Below, in pieces: positions 1 to 8,493 of a DNA stretch of 64,000 nt. Within the stretch, counting starts at the first letter, position 1; each line of letters opens with the position of its first letter. Source of the DNA: an uncultured bacterium (lineage in GTDB: Bacteria; Muiribacteriota; CAYSPT01); contig CAYSPT010000002.1 in the NCBI GenBank assembly GCA_964432985.1, forward strand, positions 45,337 to 109,336, in the 5' to 3' direction. A program made the position numbers and the translations under genes. Under the pieces are notes generated by a model that did not search any database, had not been told where the DNA came from, and saw only the letters and a program-made list of their open reading frames with translations.

Positions 1-272
1 CTGTTCAACGCAATGGCTTTTTGTGCTTCCTCGACTGCTTTACCGAAATATCCGAGGTTGTAGTAAGCGGTTCCCAGATTACATCGCGCCCCCCAGTTAG
101 TAGGGTCAATCTGGACTGATTTCAACAGCGACTTGATGGCTTCCTGGCTGTTCCCATCCTTGAGGAAGGCCGCCCCACGAACATTGTGCCGTCTGGCATT
201 GCCAGGCAGAAAAAAGAATATCCCGAGAACCAGAACAACACAGACAAAAATCCCCACACCACGTCGTTTCAT
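1..272 (-). CDS. TPR-repeat protein with hydrophobic N-terminus; 3' end cut by window edge
   Basis: Absent from the ORF track because it runs off the window. The reverse complement from ATG 272..270 reads MKRRGVGIFVCVVLVLGIFFFLPGNARRHNVRGAAFLKDGNSQEAIKSLLKSVQIDPTNWGARCNLGTAYYNLGYFGKAVEEAQKAIALN and stays open to nt 3. It shows a signal/anchor-like segment followed by TPR-type spacing. Confidence 0.6.
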   Translation of the reverse strand, partial: MKRRGVGIFVCVVLVLGIFFFLPGNARRHNVRGAAFLKDGNSQEAIKSLLKSVQIDPTNWGARCNLGTAYYNLGYFGKAVEEAQKAIALN

Positions 273-490
273 GATGAGATCACTCCTTATAAACCTCTTT
301 TTATACAAGCTTGCCGCGGTAACTCATGAAATAAGCGAGTTATCGCTTTCAACAGTGTACGACTACCTTTGCATTACGTCAATGGATAGGCCACTGACGC
401 CATTATCGTTTGACAATCTTCTTCCACCTGTATACCATGTATTTATCTTACAATAATGTGATCTTTTCGAGCCGGAGGGGAGCTGCTCGC

Positions 491-2074
491 ATGTCTGAAG
501 AACCAACCGAACAGGCACAAGCTGCAACGCTGTATAAGCAGGCCTCGGATTTAATGAGTGATTTTAAGTATGCCGAAGCACGAGAAATTCTAAAACAGGT
601 TATTACTCAGCTCAAAGGCTGTAATGACGTTCCAAGTCTTGGCAGAATGGCCAGGACCATGGTCAAGATCGGCTGTATTGATGATGTCAGCGGTAAATGG
701 TCCAAAGCCACGCAAAACCTTGAAAGAGCCCTTTCCATTGCCAAGAAATCACAGGACCAATCGTCTATTTTGAACTCATTATTGGCGCTGGCCCGGCTCG
801 AATGGGAAAAAGGCAATATCAATAATGCAGAGGAACTGGCCGGTGAGGCCATGACGCTGGCGGAAGCCTTGAGAGAAGAAGTGCTCCTGGGGCGATGCGG
901 TGTCACCATGGCCACCATTCTGGCCAAACGCGGTCAACGGGAAAAGGCCATGGAAATCCTCAAAAAGAGCGAGGATTCCGTAAAGCGGCATATGCAGCGA
1001 CCGGAAGCCGTCATGGTCATGGGAGCTATCAACAACCAGCAGGGAATGTTTCATTTCAAAACAGGGGACCTCGAAACCGCACTGGAAACCTTTATCCGGA
1101 GCCAATCTCTCCTGAGCAGGCTGGGGCCCTCCCGTGAACTTGGCGAAGCACTGAGGTATTTAGGAATCATTTACAGCCTCTCGCAAGACCATCTGAACAC
1201 GCTGAGCAATCTACTGGAGGCTCTCAGAGTCTACAAAGCTATGGGCTACGTCCTGGGAATCGGAAAAATTTACAACAGCCTGGGACAGACGTTCCTGGCA
1301 ATGAAGGAACTCGACCGTGCTCTGTATTTTTTCGGGGAAAGCGGCAAACGCTATGTACAGGTAAAAACCAAACCAGACCTGGCCGGGATTTACAGCAAAA
1401 TCGGCCATGTGTACATGAAAAAAGGAAGCCCTTCCCTGGCCATCCAGTACTATCTTAAAGACTTGAGGATTTCCTCGGAACTCGAAAACAAACACGGCCT
1501 CGCCTATACCTATAAAAATCTGGGGACCGCCTATCGCCTCCAGGGAGAAGGAGAACAGGTCCTCACCTTCTACGAAAAGAGTCTGGAGTTGTTCAGTGAA
1601 TTTCAGGATCCTATGAACGAGGCCCAGATTCACCGGGAAATGGCCCTGGCTTATCTGGAAATCGGTGACCTGGAAGAAGCCCTTTCCGCAGCCAATGATG
1701 CGGCGAAAATCTATGAGAAAAACAATGTTCTCTCCGAACTGGCGACGACCATGATGCTTCAAGGAGTGATTTTCCGTTCCGCCGAGTCTTTCGACAAATC
1801 AACCGATTACCTGGAACAGGCAAAAGCGTTTTTCATGGACTCGAAGGATAATGCCAAATTGGCCAAATGCCTGCATGAAATAGGGCTTCTCAAGCTCAGC
1901 AAGGGTGATTCAAAGGAAGGCCTGGACCTGTTTTCGCGATCCATAGAACTGGCAGAGCGTCTGAACCTGGAAGAGCTTATCTCATTAAACCTTACCGAAA
2001 TAGAAAAGATTGATGAAGAAATTGTGATTTCTCTGACAATAAATAAGCTCAGCCAAAGCCAGGAGAGAACTTAG
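491..2074 (+). CDS. TPR-repeat protein
   Basis: ORF 410..2074. I prefer ATG 491, which has GGAGGGGAG about 10 nt upstream. It contains many 34-aa TPR-like units, for example EALRYLGIIYSL, AYTYKNLGTAYRLQG and AQIHREMALAYLEIGDLEEA. Confidence 0.75.
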   Translation: MSEEPTEQAQAATLYKQASDLMSDFKYAEAREILKQVITQLKGCNDVPSLGRMARTMVKIGCIDDVSGKWSKATQNLERALSIAKKSQDQSSILNSLLALARLEWEKGNINNAEELAGEAMTLAEALREEVLLGRCGVTMATILAKRGQREKAMEILKKSEDSVKRHMQRPEAVMVMGAINNQQGMFHFKTGDLETALETFIRSQSLLSRLGPSRELGEALRYLGIIYSLSQDHLNTLSNLLEALRVYKAMGYVLGIGKIYNSLGQTFLAMKELDRALYFFGESGKRYVQVKTKPDLAGIYSKIGHVYMKKGSPSLAIQYYLKDLRISSELENKHGLAYTYKNLGTAYRLQGEGEQVLTFYEKSLELFSEFQDPMNEAQIHREMALAYLEIGDLEEALSAANDAAKIYEKNNVLSELATTMMLQGVIFRSAESFDKSTDYLEQAKAFFMDSKDNAKLAKCLHEIGLLKLSKGDSKEGLDLFSRSIELAERLNLEELISLNLTEIEKIDEEIVISLTINKLSQSQERT

Positions 2075-3567
2075 TGAGCAAACGCTATAAGCACAAACGC
2101 TGTAAGCACGAACGCTGCGAGCACAAACGTCGGCCCCGATCCGTCGTCCCGCCAAGTCAGATGGACATTGATGCTACTTTGTCAATGTCGCGTTCAGTCG
2201 GGAAGGAGCACGGGCTTGCTCCCGGCAGGATAGAGCAGCTCTATCCCGAGCTGGAAACACTCCGCGCCAATATGCTCGATGGAACAAAACAGCACCAAAC
2301 AGTCTTTATGCAGCTGCCGCATGACAGAGATTCACTACCTGCCGTAAAAGACCTGGCAGGTGACATCAGGAAACGGGCGGAACACTTCGTTGTCCTTGGT
2401 GTCGGAGGGGCAGCCCTGGGCAGCAAAGCGCTGCAGAGCTCGCTTCGGCATTCTTTGTACAATACCCTCTCCGCGGATGCGCGGGGAGGCCCAACCATGC
2501 ATTTTCTGGATAATGTCGATCCGGATCAGACCAGCGAACTTCTCAACTGGCTCGATTTGAAAAAGACTGTATTCAACGTAATTACCAAATCGGGTTCGAC
2601 CACCGAAACGATGTCGCACTTTTTACTTTTCCGACAGGCATTGGCCGACGTGGTCGGAGAAGCCAACCTCGCGAAGCACCTTGTCGTCACCACCGATCCG
2701 GAGAAAGGCATGCTGAGGTCATATACCACCGATGCAGATCTTCGCAGTCTTCCCATTCCGACAAATCTGGGAGGCAGATTTTCGGTTTTTTCAGCTGTTG
2801 GACTGCTCCCGGCGGCGGTGGCAGGAATCGACATAGATGAACTGCTTGAAGGTGCACGCCTGATGGACACTCACTTCAAAACCGCTTCTCCCGGATACAA
2901 TATGGTGTTTCTCAATACAGCTCTTCACTATCTCATGCTCACCGAAAACAACCGCACCATTACCGTTCTGATGCCCTATGCTTATGCTTTGAGAGATATC
3001 GCTGACTGGTTCCGGCAGCTTTGGGCCGAGTCTCTCGCCAAAAAACAGAACATTACCGGTTCTGCTATCAAAGTCGGCCTTACTCCAGTTAAGTCCCTTG
3101 GAGCCACCGACCAGCATTCCCAACTTCAACTTTACATGGAAGGTCCGCCGGACAAATACATTGTTTTCCTGGGAGTCAATGAATACCGCAGCGAGATCAT
3201 CATCCCCCCCCTGTCCGGCGCACCTGAATCGCTTGCCTACCTGGGGGGCTGCAGCATGGCCAACCTGATCCAGGCCGAGCAGCGAGGCACCGAACTGGCC
3301 CTGGCCGAAGCCGGCTGCCCCAGTTGCACTATCACGCTTGCCTCAATCACCCCCCGTACTATCGGAGCGCTGTTGTACACGCTTCAGCTGACCACGGCAA
3401 TGATGGGAGGACTCCTTCACATCAACCCATACGATCAACCCGGTGTTGAAGGAAGCAAACGTATTACCTACGCCCTTATGGGCCGGCCGGGCTACGACCA
3501 GATCCGCAACGACCTGGCGGAAACAGAGGTCAAACTCGAACGGCATCAGATAACCGTGGAACTGTAG
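2074..3567 (+). CDS. pgi: glucose-6-phosphate isomerase (short SIS-type PGI)
   Basis: PGI/SIS family motifs are present: FVVLGVGGAALGSKAL, VITKSGSTTET, GGRFSVFSAVGLLPAA and ATDQHSQLQLYMEGP. GTG 2074 has AGGAGA 7 nt upstream. The alternative ATG 2161 has no SD. Confidence 0.85.
   Translation: MSKRYKHKRCKHERCEHKRRPRSVVPPSQMDIDATLSMSRSVGKEHGLAPGRIEQLYPELETLRANMLDGTKQHQTVFMQLPHDRDSLPAVKDLAGDIRKRAEHFVVLGVGGAALGSKALQSSLRHSLYNTLSADARGGPTMHFLDNVDPDQTSELLNWLDLKKTVFNVITKSGSTTETMSHFLLFRQALADVVGEANLAKHLVVTTDPEKGMLRSYTTDADLRSLPIPTNLGGRFSVFSAVGLLPAAVAGIDIDELLEGARLMDTHFKTASPGYNMVFLNTALHYLMLTENNRTITVLMPYAYALRDIADWFRQLWAESLAKKQNITGSAIKVGLTPVKSLGATDQHSQLQLYMEGPPDKYIVFLGVNEYRSEIIIPPLSGAPESLAYLGGCSMANLIQAEQRGTELALAEAGCPSCTITLASITPRTIGALLYTLQLTTAMMGGLLHINPYDQPGVEGSKRITYALMGRPGYDQIRNDLAETEVKLERHQITVEL
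2080..2133 (+). repeat. 15-bp tandem repeat, about 3.5 units
   Basis: The units are aaacgctataagcac / aaacgctgtaagcac / gaacgctgcgagcac / aaacgtcgg. They encode KRYKH-KRCKH-ERCEH-KRR if the GTG 2074 start is used. Confidence 0.85.
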
Positions 3568-3713
3568 ACAGCACCTTTAAGCGGTTGTACCAGATATTTC
3601 CTCCGGAAAAAACTATCACAACCTTTACATCGTGCTTCCAGATAACCTCTCAACTTTTTTATTCTGAGACCGATAACTAATGAGGATTACTTTCAGAATA
3701 TAGGGGATGCTCT

Positions 3714-4736
3714 ATGAATGTGGCTGAGGCTCGGAAGAATTTTCCTTTCTGGATACTATGGGTATTAATGATTCTCACCGTTTTGCACGGTTTTAAAGCC
3801 CGGGCCCAAATCTTTCCCGTTCCAGGAAAACCCCTTCATGACACCGACAGGAATATCGGATACGACATTGACGGACAGATATATTTCTACTGGGCGGATG
3901 TTATCGGAGGTGCGGATTATCATTACAATATCTATACGTCACTCGATGGATCCACGTTCAGGAAAGCCGACGAGCGCCTGGTCAACAACTATACCCTGCC
4001 CGGCGGGGACAGTTTGACCTACTGGATCAAGGTTGCAGTTGCCAACGACGCCGGTGCCGAAGGAGATCTATCAACTGCGTCCAATCCGGTCATATGCGAT
4101 TTAACCGCTCCGCGGATTACTGATTTTCTTCCTGACAACTACGCTGAAGGTGTGCTGCCCAACGAAGACATCCAGGTTACCTTCTCAGAACAAATAAAAG
4201 AAGATACCTTACTTAAGGACGGCGCCATCAGAGTTAGAGTGGCAGGGCTGCTCCAGGATTTTTTGACTGATTACGAAACCTCCACACATGTATTGACCAT
4301 CAATCCCGTCGATGGGATTAAAAACGCCGTCCAGTACGATATAGAATTATCTCAGCAAATCACCGACCTGGCCGGCAACGCCCTGTTTGAAGATACATCG
4401 TGGCGTTTTCAAACTGAAAAACCGTCCCAATTTCTGACATCAAAGCTTTTAAATCATCCTAACCCCCTGGGAGAAGGGGGAACGACATTCTACTATCACT
4501 TGAACCTGGATGCGGACAATGTGTTGATCCAGATATTTTCGTATGCGGGCTCTCACATCCGGACGCTGGATGGTTCTACCGACCAGGGGAATCAAGAGGT
4601 CTACTGGGACGGTCTTGACGACTTCGGAGATGAACTCCCCAACGGTGTTTATTTCTACCGTTTGACAGCCTTATCCGACGGGCAGAACGGAACCATGAAA
4701 GCCAGCCGGACTGGACGTCTCATGGTACTGAGGTAG
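3714..4736 (+). CDS. secreted protein: SbsA/Big_5-like Ig domain plus FlgD-Ig / T9SS-type C-terminal domain
   Basis: N-terminal hydrophobic signal: FWILWVLMILTVLHGF. The middle region DLTAPRITDFLPDNYAEGV...VTFSEQI...LTINPVDG...ITDLAGNAL is Big_5-like. The C-terminus NHPNPLGEGGTTFYY...IQIFSYAGSHIRTL...VYWDGLDDFGDELPNGVYFYRLTA matches the FlgD_ig/T9SS CTD pattern. Confidence 0.65.
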   Translation: MNVAEARKNFPFWILWVLMILTVLHGFKARAQIFPVPGKPLHDTDRNIGYDIDGQIYFYWADVIGGADYHYNIYTSLDGSTFRKADERLVNNYTLPGGDSLTYWIKVAVANDAGAEGDLSTASNPVICDLTAPRITDFLPDNYAEGVLPNEDIQVTFSEQIKEDTLLKDGAIRVRVAGLLQDFLTDYETSTHVLTINPVDGIKNAVQYDIELSQQITDLAGNALFEDTSWRFQTEKPSQFLTSKLLNHPNPLGEGGTTFYYHLNLDADNVLIQIFSYAGSHIRTLDGSTDQGNQEVYWDGLDDFGDELPNGVYFYRLTALSDGQNGTMKASRTGRLMVLR

Positions 4737-4750
4737 GGAAATCCGTTACG

Positions 4751-6583
4751 ATGAAGCAAACATACCGTAACAAGAGTAGATCCACAAACGCAGGGTACTG
4801 CCGCCGTATGTTTTTACTGGCAGTGCTGAGCGGGTGCATCATTTTTATACAGGCTGCCGTACCGGCGATGGCTGTCACTGATTTTGCGCCTTTTTACCGG
4901 CTTGGGATCGGAGCGCGGTCCCTGGGAATGGGCGGATCCTTCGTGTCTGTGGCAGACGATCCCACCACCATCTACTGGAATCCGTCCGGTCTGGCAAGTA
5001 TTAACACCATGGCTATTACCGGGATGCATCTCAACACCTACCAGATTGATTCGTACCACGATTTCGTGGCCGGAGTATTTCCACTGAGTGATTATTCCAC
5101 CTGGGGTCTCTATTATCTGCGGGCTTCCACTCCCAACATACCCATAACCACTCTGGGAACAGATGGTCTGCCAAAGGTGGCCGATTACACGAAGAACGAC
5201 AGAAACCTGGTGGCTTTCTCCTATGGACGCAAATTCGGAAAAACCTTTTCAGCCGGATGTACCCTTAAGTACATATCCGAACGCCTCAGCAACGCTACTG
5301 CTACCGGCTGGGCAGCCGACCTGGGATGTCTGTATCAGGCCAGCCCGACCCTGTCTCTGGGAATGGCTGTTCAGGACGTGACCGAGACACTGATATCCTG
5401 GAACACCGGTCACGCCGATACGGTGCCGCCCCTTTTCAAATTTGGTTTGAACGGCAAACTGTTCGATGACAATTTGACACTTTCCCTCGATCTCGACCTG
5501 ATACGCGACCGGCCCAGTGTGTGGCACCTGGGAACCGAGTATCGCTTCGGTTCATTTTTAGCTGTCAGGGCCGGTTTGAACGACTCACAATTGACTGCCG
5601 GTCTGGGATTCAAATTCGGCCGGTGGGAAATGAACTACGCCTTTGAAAACCACGATCTTGGAGACCATCACCGCCTGGCATTCACCGTGTGGTGGCTACC
5701 GGACAAAATTGATAGATCCGCCACCGCCGACGTGGAATCAATTCTTGGACGGTACCAGGACTCCCTGGACCAGATATTGGGAATCGATCCCCAGCAGGAG
5801 GAAGCCATCTGGGAAACCAGGCAGGAATGGGTGCCCGAGCAGTCTACTGAAACTCCGCTGGTTCCCCTGGCTCCCGTTATCGGCGAAGAAGCAAAACAGA
5901 AGCCTCGGATGCATGAAAAGCCGGCTCTGCCCGTTGCCCGGCAGGAGTCCGAAGAAGATGATTTCCTGTCGCTGCTGGAGAGTATCCAGGAAGCGGATGT
6001 CGAACACACCCGGGCCGCAGAAGAACCTGAAAGTGAATTCGTACGCCTGTTCGATGAACCACAGCCACCGGCGCCGGCACCCGTTGAGCAGAAAAGCCAG
6101 CCGGAGCAGCCAGTTCAACTTCAGCCAGTTGTTCCCCTGAAGGAGGGAGCGGTCATCTCACCGATACCGGCCGCAGAAGATGAAACAGACGTTCCCGGCA
6201 CCGCAGTTATAAAGCCGATCCCCTCGCCGGCAGATAGAAAAGAGCAGGAAATTCTGGAAGCCGTGCCCGAGCTGCCACCACAACCATTCAAGCATTCCGA
6301 ACATCGTATCTACTCTCCATCTCCGAGTAAAGAAGAGGAAGCGTTCATCAAGGACGCAAGGGAATCTATGAATAAACTCGCCGACCAGGTCAAATCATAC
6401 AATTTCCTGTCGGAACATCCCGCGATGTCACTCGAAGAACTGGTGGGTAAAATATTGAAGGAAATACCGCGTGATCCCTGGGGCACTCAGTATAAACTTA
6501 ACACGGTCAAAGGTACGATTGTTTCCGCCGGCCGGGATCGGGAATTTGAGACTCTCGACGATCTGCACCAGAGTCTGTTTTAG
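4751..6583 (+). CDS. PorV/PorQ-like outer-membrane beta-barrel, P/E-rich linker, GspG-like C-terminal domain
   Basis: Signal-like N-terminus followed by GIGARSLGMGGSFVSVADDPTTIYWNPSGLA, a PorV/UPF0164-type signature. Amphipathic strands run to LAFTVWW. Residues about 316-520 are low-complexity P/E/Q. The C-terminus PRDPWGTQYKLNTVKGTIVSAGRDREFETLDD resembles the pseudopilin GspG head. Confidence 0.6.
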   Translation: MKQTYRNKSRSTNAGYCRRMFLLAVLSGCIIFIQAAVPAMAVTDFAPFYRLGIGARSLGMGGSFVSVADDPTTIYWNPSGLASINTMAITGMHLNTYQIDSYHDFVAGVFPLSDYSTWGLYYLRASTPNIPITTLGTDGLPKVADYTKNDRNLVAFSYGRKFGKTFSAGCTLKYISERLSNATATGWAADLGCLYQASPTLSLGMAVQDVTETLISWNTGHADTVPPLFKFGLNGKLFDDNLTLSLDLDLIRDRPSVWHLGTEYRFGSFLAVRAGLNDSQLTAGLGFKFGRWEMNYAFENHDLGDHHRLAFTVWWLPDKIDRSATADVESILGRYQDSLDQILGIDPQQEEAIWETRQEWVPEQSTETPLVPLAPVIGEEAKQKPRMHEKPALPVARQESEEDDFLSLLESIQEADVEHTRAAEEPESEFVRLFDEPQPPAPAPVEQKSQPEQPVQLQPVVPLKEGAVISPIPAAEDETDVPGTAVIKPIPSPADRKEQEILEAVPELPPQPFKHSEHRIYSPSPSKEEEAFIKDARESMNKLADQVKSYNFLSEHPAMSLEELVGKILKEIPRDPWGTQYKLNTVKGTIVSAGRDREFETLDDLHQSLF

Positions 6584-6585
6584 AG

Positions 6586-8280
6586 TTACTTTTCCCCGTC
6601 GGTCTTTTCCAACTCTTCCAGCAGAGGTTTCAGTACCCGGTCATCCGCTCCCCTGAATCCGGCAGATTCGAGATAATTGCGTGCCCGGACGAGTTGACCA
6701 TTACCGAGAGATACTCTGGCCGCCGCCAGATAGGTCCGGGGAACCGGATAGACCGCAAGCGCTACTTGAAGAATTGCATCGGCTTCATCCAGACGGCCTT
6801 CCTCGAGGTACCCTTCTCCAAGCAAAACGGGGAGACGGCGCACAAAGGGAAAGGTACCGCGGGCTGACTCCAGGAGTTCAACGGCCTGTTTTGTTTTATT
6901 TTCACCGAGGAGCCGTTCGGCCTCACTCACGGCCGCGGATGCGGACAGACATCGGAGCACGGTTACTGTCCAGACCAGCACGAGAACCAGGGAAACGAGT
7001 ACGATGAGCGCTGTTCGTAATCGCTTGAAAGGCCGCTCAATAGTGAACACGACTTTACCGACAGCGGTAAAAAGATCTATCTTTCCGAATCCCAGGTTAG
7101 TGGCAGCCAGCACCGCCATGAAAGCCAAACCGGGAAACTGAAATTGATCACCGGTCACCACAGCCAGCACCCAGCCTGCCAGGACACCGGCCAGGCAGCT
7201 AAGCTGAAGATTACGAAACATGGGATCGTAGGTGTACCGGTATTGCTGCCACGCTGCATGAAAAAACGCGCCGATCAGGATAAAGATGACCACCAGCCCG
7301 AACACCCCGTGCTCTGCGGTAAAAACAAGGTACCAGGGCAGCACGGCCAGCGAAGGATCACCGGAGGATTTCCATCCTTCCAGGCGCGGCCGGGAAAGGT
7401 AATTGGCGCGATACAAAGGATAAACCGTCGGCAGAGCGCCCTGACCGACCCCGCCCCACACAGAGGAGGACACCACTGCTCGCATCACTCCCCGGCAAAG
7501 ATGAACGGGAAGCGTTGTTCCCGGCGCTGGGAGACGGTCGGCAGGTGATGCTTCCCCTCCCATACGTCCCACCAGAGCAGTGATCCCGATAAAGAGAAGT
7601 ATCAGTACAGCAGTTTTTATCAGCTTTGTTCTGCTGGCGGAATGTGTAATGGGAGCCTTGTCTTTCTGTCGTCGGCGCCGGGTTTCCCAGATGAGAATTC
7701 CGGAAATCAGCGCCAGCGGCCAACGTCCGGAGAGAATTACTTCGGCGGCCAGAGGATACCAGAAAATGGATTTACCAAGGCAGGAGACCGTCACCAGCAG
7801 CATGGCCGCCGTGCCGGGAAGCGGATTCCACAAGGCCTTGAAGCCGAACAGTATGAAAGCCAGACGGACCACTGTTCTGAGCGACATCCCCAGCAATACA
7901 GCATGCAGGACTTTTTCAGCCTGCCTTCTCCTGTCCAGGCAATCCAGCGTTACCAGAAACAACAACAAGGGAGCAGCGCCCAGAATGAGTTCGGCCAGGC
8001 TGAACGGGAAGGCGCGTGAGATACCTGCCCGAACCAGCATGTATCCGGCGAATATAGCCAGCAGCAGCTTGAAAGGGATGTAGACAAGCCTTATTTCCCA
8101 GCAAAAGATTGAAGGGACCCACCTGAGCAGCAAAACAACCGCCACGAACAGGCAGTAGAGACCTCCGAGCACGAGCGGACTGCGCCCGCTGTCGAAGGAA
8201 TCGGGAACCAGAGGAATAAGCACCAGGCCCACAGTCACCAGCCAGCAGGCCAGCCGTCTCAGCCCGGCATCGTCTCTCAT
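6586..8280 (-). CDS. polytopic membrane protein with C-terminal TPR repeats (O-antigen ligase/Wzy_C-like, tentative)
   Basis: 564-aa ORF with at least 10 hydrophobic segments, then a TPR-like tail: AVSEAERLLGENKTKQAVELLE...GEGYLEEGRLDEADAILQVALAVYP. It converges on the upstream gene with a 2-nt gap. The family assignment comes from architecture only. Confidence 0.55.
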   Translation of the reverse strand: MRDDAGLRRLACWLVTVGLVLIPLVPDSFDSGRSPLVLGGLYCLFVAVVLLLRWVPSIFCWEIRLVYIPFKLLLAIFAGYMLVRAGISRAFPFSLAELILGAAPLLLFLVTLDCLDRRRQAEKVLHAVLLGMSLRTVVRLAFILFGFKALWNPLPGTAAMLLVTVSCLGKSIFWYPLAAEVILSGRWPLALISGILIWETRRRRQKDKAPITHSASRTKLIKTAVLILLFIGITALVGRMGGEASPADRLPAPGTTLPVHLCRGVMRAVVSSSVWGGVGQGALPTVYPLYRANYLSRPRLEGWKSSGDPSLAVLPWYLVFTAEHGVFGLVVIFILIGAFFHAAWQQYRYTYDPMFRNLQLSCLAGVLAGWVLAVVTGDQFQFPGLAFMAVLAATNLGFGKIDLFTAVGKVVFTIERPFKRLRTALIVLVSLVLVLVWTVTVLRCLSASAAVSEAERLLGENKTKQAVELLESARGTFPFVRRLPVLLGEGYLEEGRLDEADAILQVALAVYPVPRTYLAAARVSLGNGQLVRARNYLESAGFRGADDRVLKPLLEELEKTDGEK

Positions 8281-8493
8281 AATCTGCCATACCTTTCGAT
8301 TTGTAATACGAAATTTTTCAGGTGAACTCGGGAATTATTGTAACAGACTTCCTGATATGGCAGAACAACCAAGTAGACAAAGTAAACGCATTCTTAATTT
8401 ATTCAAGGGAATGCATCGATGAGCGAGCGAATTGCATAGCAACGTTTTTTGTGACGCAAGGAGCGTAGAACATACGGTGCTTGAGAAAACGAA

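Noticed and set aside
133-456. 107-aa ORF in the divergent region between the truncated TPR gene and the TPR gene at 491
   Set aside because: It overlaps the real minus-strand gene (1-272) in another frame and the promoter region. It has no motif and a Pro/Arg/Thr-rich composition.
3670-3676. CCGATAA, resembling a sigma-28 -10 element, upstream of the Ig-domain gene
   Set aside because: There is no TAAA-type -35 element at the required 15-nt spacing or so. A 7-mer match alone is expected by chance.
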